The notes under the pieces were generated by a model. The model saw nothing but the letters and a program-made list of their open reading frames with translations, was not told the origin of the DNA and ran no database searches. Of a stretch of DNA of 64,000 nt, positions 59,063 through 64,000 are shown piece by piece. Source of the DNA: an uncultured Candidatus Bathyarchaeia archaeon (GTDB lineage Archaea; Thermoproteota; Bathyarchaeia; 40CM-2-53-6; DTDX01). The position numbers and the translations under genes are program-made. How positions within the stretch are numbered: the stretch's first letter is position 1; each line of letters begins with the position of its first letter. Where the stretch lies: contig CAZSNM010000005.1 in the NCBI GenBank assembly GCA_964608455.1, positions 4,069-68,068 of the forward strand, written 5' to 3'.

Positions 59063-59913
59063 TTAAAAAGAAATATTTCTTCCTCATAACGTCTTCCTTC
59101 AAAAAGTGATCCAGGAGGAATTCTTTCAATTTCCCTTTTAGATAAAAACTCTGTTAAAAGCTTGTTAGCTTCCTCAAGCGATATTGATTCATCTTTAAGC
59201 CATTTTAATGGCACATTAATTTCCATTGGTCTAGCTGGAATAACATGCCTAGTGACTTTATGGGGAAAAACTAAACCTTTTAAAGCAAAATTTATTACAT
59301 CTTCTTTAGTTACTGGTGGAGTGGCCATAACCATATCTACAGCCTTATTTAAAAGCTTTTTTTCAGCATCAAATTCAGTTTCATAACTTACTTTTTTACC
59401 AGCTTCAACAAGTTTACTTTCAATTAACTTAACAATTTCATAAGCTTTCTTTAAGTTTTCTTGCCATTTAATTGAAAAACATTTTTCTCGAGTTAAAAAA
59501 GAGGTTGAGGCCTCTCTATTAAATAAAGCTTTTTTAGCAGCTTCAAAATTTAACTCAATTAATTCAAGGTTAAGCTGTAAAGCTTTTTTTTGAAGTGTTT
59601 TAATTAAATTTTCTCCATTAAAAGTTCTATACCATACACCAACTTTTATAGATGGATTAGAATAATCAAGCAGGCAAACAAGCATTCTAAGGCAACCTGC
59701 TTTTTTAGCTGCTTCAACTCTATGCATCCCATCTAAAACTACAAGCGAACTTTTATCTACAATAACTGGATTTTTAATTATTTTTTCTTGAATCATAGAA
59801 GATGCTATTTCATCTACAAGATTTGGAATAGTTTCTTCATGTAAAAAAAGTTTATTTATATCCATTAAAGCTATTTCAAATTCAAGATTTTTTGAGAAAA
59901 TTTTAAAACTCAA
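59059..59913 (-). CDS. ParB/Srx-like N-terminal domain protein (SerK-like)
   Basis: LHEETI, NPVIVD..VLDGMHR, VFPHKVTRH. Confidence 0.7.
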   Translation of the reverse strand: MSFKIFSKNLEFEIALMDINKLFLHEETIPNLVDEIASSMIQEKIIKNPVIVDKSSLVVLDGMHRVEAAKKAGCLRMLVCLLDYSNPSIKVGVWYRTFNGENLIKTLQKKALQLNLELIELNFEAAKKALFNREASTSFLTREKCFSIKWQENLKKAYEIVKLIESKLVEAGKKVSYETEFDAEKKLLNKAVDMVMATPPVTKEDVINFALKGLVFPHKVTRHVIPARPMEINVPLKWLKDESISLEEANKLLTEFLSKREIERIPPGSLFEGRRYEEEIFLFK

Positions 59914-60323
59914 TTTTTTTCACCTTTAATAAAACTAAATCTTTTTAAAGCTTCTTTAACTATAGCTGAAGAGGCTTCAAGAGTTTTTTCAGCTAAAACA
60001 AGAATTTTATCTTTTCCAGCAGTAAATTGAGGGTCAACCGTTTTTTTAACTAAAATATTTATTTTTTCCATTAACCTAATTAAGGGTTCTTTTTTTAAGC
60101 CTTTAACTAAAGCTTCTTCAAAAATATATTCCATTATATTGGGATCGCCAAAAGCATATTGAATAGCTAATTGAGCTTTTCTCATTGAAATAGCTGAAAG
60201 CTCTTTTATAAGCTCTATAGAATCGCATTCCTTAGCTAAAGAAAGGTCAGCTTCAGCTTCCCTTAAATATCTTAAAGCCCAACTTTTCATAAATTCATCT
60301 AAAATTGAAAATTCAAAAGGCAA
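59910..60323 (-). CDS. Hypothetical protein, HEPN-like helical fold
   Basis: WALRYLREAEADLSLAK resembles the first HEPN helix; no RxxxxH. Confidence 0.5.
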   Translation of the reverse strand: MPFEFSILDEFMKSWALRYLREAEADLSLAKECDSIELIKELSAISMRKAQLAIQYAFGDPNIMEYIFEEALVKGLKKEPLIRLMEKINILVKKTVDPQFTAGKDKILVLAEKTLEASSAIVKEALKRFSFIKGEKN

Positions 60324-60370
60324 CTTACATTTTTCACCCTATCTATTAAACTCTAGAATTTAATATTATT

Positions 60371-60619
60371 TTAATCTGGTGCAGGTGCAGATGTTGAAGC
60401 GATTAAACCAGCTTTTCTTTTTTCCTCAATCTTTTTTAAGTTTGATATATAACCTGCAATTCTATTTCTTAATTTTTTACCATAAACCTCCAAAAGTTGA
60501 TTTACAACTTTTTTATTTTCCTCAAAATTTGTTGTAAACATGTTTGGATAAGCCGCTAATAACTCTTTAGCGGTTTTTTTAATTATACGTGTTCTAACTT
60601 TACCCAATTTTTTAATCAC
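60371..60619 (-). CDS. rps17e: 30S ribosomal protein S17e
   Basis: GKVRTRIIKKTA, FTTNFEENK, LRNRIAGYI. Confidence 0.95.
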   Translation of the reverse strand: MIKKLGKVRTRIIKKTAKELLAAYPNMFTTNFEENKKVVNQLLEVYGKKLRNRIAGYISNLKKIEEKRKAGLIASTSAPAPD

Positions 60620-60794
60620 CAGTTAATGCTTTTGAATTGTTTAACTTTGGCATCTTCTCTATTTTAAGTTTTTTCTTTTTTATTTATTTTCTTGTTAATT
60701 TTTCATGTTTTAAATTAAATTTTAGCTTGAAAGGCTTAAAGATAAATTTTTAAGCTTCATTTTATTGTTAAAACTAAAATATTAGGGAGATTTT

Positions 60795-61016
60795 ATGGAG
60801 AAAAAAGAAATTTCAACAGCAGCTATTCATCGATTGCTTTTAAAGGGAGGTGCTGCTAGAGTAGGTGATGATGCAATTGAAGAATTAAGAAAAATTCTTG
60901 AGGATTTAGCGGTTAAAATAGGAAGAGGCGCTTGGGAAGTAGCTGTTTATGGAAAAAGAAAAACAGTTAAAGCTGGAGATGTTAAATTAGCAGCTAAAAG
61001 ATTTATTAAGGAGTAG
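60795..61016 (+). CDS. Archaeal histone
   Basis: AAIHRLL..GGAARVGDDA...KRKTVKAGDVKLA. Confidence 0.9.
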   Translation: MEKKEISTAAIHRLLLKGGAARVGDDAIEELRKILEDLAVKIGRGAWEVAVYGKRKTVKAGDVKLAAKRFIKE

Positions 61017-61134
61017 TAACAATAAATTTTTAAAGGAACCACCTATAAATAAGCTTTAATGAAAATAATAATTTAAGGATAGGTTTAATGCTATTTAAAT
61101 TAAAAAAAGTTAATTTTATAGTTTTTGGAGGTGA

Positions 61135-62778
61135 ATGATGAAGATGGCTTATCTTGCTGGTCAACCGATTTTAATACTTAAGGAAGGGACTAGCAGAAGG
61201 AAAGGTAGAGATGCTCAAAAAGCAAATATTACTGCTGCTAGAATTATCGCTGAAACTGTAAAAACAACGCTTGGCCCTAGAGGAATGGATAAAATGCTTG
61301 TTGACAGCCTTGGTGATGTTACTATTACTAATGATGGGGCTACTATTCTTGATGAGATTGATGTTCAACATCCAGCAGCTAAAATGATGGTTGAAGTAGC
61401 TAAAACACAAGATGATGAAGTAGGAGATGGAACAACAACCGCCGTAGTATTAGCTGGAGAACTCCTTACTAAAGCTGAGGAGCTTATTGATAAAGATGTT
61501 CATCCAACTGTAATCGTTGATGGTTATAGAGCCGCTTCTGAAGAAGCTCTTAAAGCTCTTGAAGAAATAGCTATTAAAGTGGAACCAAGTGATAAAGAAT
61601 TTTTAAAGAAAGTTGCTAAAGTAGCTGTAGCTAGTAAACTGCTTTCAGAATATAAAGATTATATAGCGGATTTAACTGTTGATGCTATTCTTCAGGTGGC
61701 TGAAAAAACTCTGGAAGGTTATAAAGTTGATATTGACGATGTGAAAGTTGAAAAAAAAGCTGGAGAATCCCTAATGGATACAAAGCTAGTTAAAGGAGTT
61801 GTACTTGATAAGGAAGTTGTTCATCCAGGCATGCCTAAAAGAATAGAAAACGCTAAAATAGCTTTGCTTGATGCACCATTAGAAATAGAGAAAACAGAAA
61901 TAAGCGCCGAAATAAGAATTAGAGATCCAGCTCAAATGAAGGCTTTCCTAGATGAAGAAACAAGAATGATGAAGGAAATGGTTGAGAAAATCGCCAAAAC
62001 AGGAGCTAATGTTGCTCTTTGCCAAAAAGGAATCGATGATATGGCTCAGCATTTCCTAGCTAAAAAAGGAATAATGGCTGTTAGAAGAATAAAGAAGTCA
62101 GATATGGAGAAATTAGCTAGAGCAACAGGTGGAAAAATCGTTACAAACCTAGATGACCTTAAACCATCAGATTTGGGAGAATGCAAACTAGCTGAAGAAA
62201 GAAAGATTGGAGATGATAAAATGGTTTTCATCGAGGGATGCAAAGATCCTAAATCTGTAGCAATATTAATTAGAGCGGGATTAGAAAGACTTGTGGATGA
62301 AGCTGAAAGATCATTAACTGATGCCTTATCAGTAATAGCAGATGTTTATGAGAAAAATAGAATTGTTGCTGGAGGAGGAGCTGTTGAGGCTGAATTAGCT
62401 AAAAGACTAAAAGAATATGCTGCTAAGGTTGGTGGTAGAAAACAATTAGCTATAGAAGCATTTGCTAAATCATTGGAAATTATTCCAAAGGCTTTAGCTG
62501 AAAATTCAGGTTTAGACCCTGTAGACATAATGGTTTCGCTTAGAGCAGCTCATGAATCCCCTGATGGAAAATGGATGGGAGTTGATGTTTACACAGGTAA
62601 AATAGAGGATATGATGAAGAAAGGCGTAATAGAACCTGTTAAAGTTAAAGAGCAAGCTATTAAATCTGCTGTTGAAGCAGCCGCTATGATTCTTAGAATC
62701 GATGATGTTATAGCTGCAGCTAAACCACCGCCAACTCCATCCAAGAAAGGTGAAAAAGGAGCATCTGAAGAAGAATAG
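61135..62778 (+). CDS. Thermosome (group II chaperonin) subunit, second paralogue
   Basis: [30 protein letters not shown]. Confidence 0.97.
   Translation: MMKMAYLAGQPILILKEGTSRRKGRDAQKANITAARIIAETVKTTLGPRGMDKMLVDSLGDVTITNDGATILDEIDVQHPAAKMMVEVAKTQDDEVGDGTTTAVVLAGELLTKAEELIDKDVHPTVIVDGYRAASEEALKALEEIAIKVEPSDKEFLKKVAKVAVASKLLSEYKDYIADLTVDAILQVAEKTLEGYKVDIDDVKVEKKAGESLMDTKLVKGVVLDKEVVHPGMPKRIENAKIALLDAPLEIEKTEISAEIRIRDPAQMKAFLDEETRMMKEMVEKIAKTGANVALCQKGIDDMAQHFLAKKGIMAVRRIKKSDMEKLARATGGKIVTNLDDLKPSDLGECKLAEERKIGDDKMVFIEGCKDPKSVAILIRAGLERLVDEAERSLTDALSVIADVYEKNRIVAGGGAVEAELAKRLKEYAAKVGGRKQLAIEAFAKSLEIIPKALAENSGLDPVDIMVSLRAAHESPDGKWMGVDVYTGKIEDMMKKGVIEPVKVKEQAIKSAVEAAAMILRIDDVIAAAKPPPTPSKKGEKGASEEE
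61310..61869 (+). repeat. 560-nt tract identical (inverted) to 16641..17200
   Basis: Direct comparison; identical protein segment GDVTITND...AKIALL in both thermosomes. Confidence 0.85.
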
Positions 62779-62820
62779 CAAAAAACCTTTTTAAACCGGC
62801 TTTTTCTATTTTATTTTCGG

Positions 62821-62964
62821 GCTCCGGTAGTATAGCCCGGTTAAGCAAGCCGAAAGTATGGCGGGCTCTCGCTCTAAACAGTTTAGAGGAGAGACCCGTC
62901 GACGCGGGTTCAAAAGCAAGGAAAAAGATTTTTATCCTTGCTGAAAATCCCGCCCGGAGCACCA
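62821..62964 (+). tRNA. tRNA-Glu (CTC) with three introns (62844-62854, 62872-62893, 62915-62947), CCA encoded
   Basis: Acceptor GCTCCGG/CCGGAGC; removing three BHB/BHL-flanked inserts gives a standard 78-nt cloverleaf. Confidence 0.88.
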
Positions 62965-62995
62965 TTCTTTTAATAAATAAGAAAAGGCGTTTAAA

Positions 62996-63667
62996 ATGCT
63001 TGAAATAAATGAAAAAATAACATCGCTTTTAGATGAAGTTAAATTTAAAACAGGAAAGAAACTTTCTTTAATTCCAAGAAGCAATTTACCGGTTAGGGCG
63101 TCTATAATAGAAGATAATCGAAAGAAAATAGCGATTCAATATTCTCCAGAAAAATGTGAGGCTGGAGATTTAGCTTATGAACTTCTTAGAGCAATACAAT
63201 TAAATAGTCAAGAATGGATTCATGAAACTTCCCTTAATATAAGAGAAGAAAATGAAATTGTAAAATGGATTAAAACATTGGTATATACACCTTGGATTAT
63301 GCTTGAATTAAAACGAAGAGGATTAAATTCTAATGGAATAATTCTTGATAATTTTGAAGTTAACTTAGAATATTTAAGAGAAGAGGATCCGCCTTATTGC
63401 CATATAGAAAATCCAAACCTTAGATTAATTTTCTCTATAGTGAACTATGCATTTTATCTTTTAACTAAAAATGAGATTAATTATGGTGAAAAAGGCATAA
63501 TTTATGAAAAGCTTTATAAAATGAAGGATCCTAAAGCCTTGGAACTTGGAGAGAAAACTGTGGAAATAATAAAGCGCAACAAATGTTTAACACCTAAAGA
63601 AGCTGCAAATGCATTAAAAGATGTTTTCTTTATGCTAAAGCTAGAAATAAAAGACTTAAAAGTTTAG
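62996..63667 (+). CDS. Hypothetical protein, possibly a degenerate zincin-like fold
   Basis: 223-aa ORF; DLAYELLRA resembles a lost HExxH. Confidence 0.55.
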   Translation: MLEINEKITSLLDEVKFKTGKKLSLIPRSNLPVRASIIEDNRKKIAIQYSPEKCEAGDLAYELLRAIQLNSQEWIHETSLNIREENEIVKWIKTLVYTPWIMLELKRRGLNSNGIILDNFEVNLEYLREEDPPYCHIENPNLRLIFSIVNYAFYLLTKNEINYGEKGIIYEKLYKMKDPKALELGEKTVEIIKRNKCLTPKEAANALKDVFFMLKLEIKDLKV

Positions 63668-63692
63668 GGTAAGAATTTAATTTTATAGTTTA

Positions 63693-63796
63693 GCGGGGGT
63701 TGCCAAGCCAGGTCAAAGGCGCAGGGCTTAGGATGAATATATACATAGGAGACCCTGTCCCGTAGGGGTTCGTGGGTTCAAATCCCACCCCCCGCA
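63693..63796 (+). tRNA. tRNA-Leu (TAG) with canonical 37/38 intron (63733-63751); CCA not encoded
   Basis: GCGGGGG/CCCCCGC acceptor; CAGGG-CTTAGG^A-CCCTG; long variable arm; BHB helix CTTA/TAGG. Confidence 0.92.
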
Positions 63797-63913
63797 CTAA
63801 TATTCTTTATTAGCATTTTTCATGAAGGTTAAAAAAGATAAAAGGCTTTTAGATATAGGTATTTTATATTGAGCTTTTTTCTTGCCTTAAGTCCAAATTT
63901 ATTTAATTATTTG

Positions 63914-64000
63914 CTAACATTTTTTATGGCAGAACCACCAGTCGTAGCATTCAAATTCGCCTGCTTTTGCTTTTTCAAGCCTTTCTTTCATTGTTTTCAC
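63914..64000 (-). CDS. 3' end of an ORF entering from beyond the window
   Basis: Open frame ...VKTMKERLEKAKAGEFECYDWWFCHKKC*. Confidence 0.45.
   Translation of the reverse strand: MKTMKERLEKAKAGEFECYDWWFCHKKC

Noticed and set aside
2531..62965. Numerous 60-113 aa ORFs antisense to or overlapping real genes (e.g. 2531, 6980, 16195, 24818, 44942, 62046, 62720)
   Set aside because: Shadow frames of well-supported genes or of the tRNA-Glu; no motifs
55608..63796. Integrated element at the tRNA genes
   Set aside because: No integrase and no duplicated tRNA 3' end seen; flanks are mostly housekeeping genes
1..64000. CRISPR array, IS elements, rRNA, selenocysteine/pyrrolysine read-through
   Set aside because: No spaced repeats, transposases or long GC-rich RNA tracts seen; no in-frame stops splitting recognisable domains
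1..64000. Very frequent AGCT/AAGCTT words
   Set aside because: Largely explained by preference for GCT (Ala) and CTT codons after A-ending codons; no periodic structure evident by eye

Overview
AT-rich (roughly 30% GC by eye) archaeal core-genome window. It is most consistent with an anaerobic TACK archaeon such as Bathyarchaeia; this is inferred from eS30 + eL38 + archaeal histone, a full archaeal CODH/ACS operon and intron-rich tRNAs. Contents: housekeeping genes (apgM, rpoK, rps17e, rps30e, rpl38e, tiaS, histone, two thermosome subunits, acs), the cdhABCDE operon preceded by an extra bacterial-type ACS and divergent cooT-cooC, four radical SAM genes and three tRNAs. No CRISPR array, transposase or integrase is visible. 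Most notable: (1) a 914-aa protein fusing two Cdc48-type AAA modules to a Lon-type Ser-Lys protease domain, coupled to a small membrane protein; (2) an operon of three paralogous winged-helix proteins + NurA + HerA with no Mre11/Rad50; (3) a tRNA-Glu with three introns; (4) a bacterial-type AcsB that appears to need a CTG start; (5) nucleotide-identical tracts between paralogues (560 nt between the thermosomes; 65, 37 and 29 nt between the ACS genes); (6) a candidate tetraether-lipid-modifying radical SAM pair. All calls come from reading motifs by eye; no database search was run.
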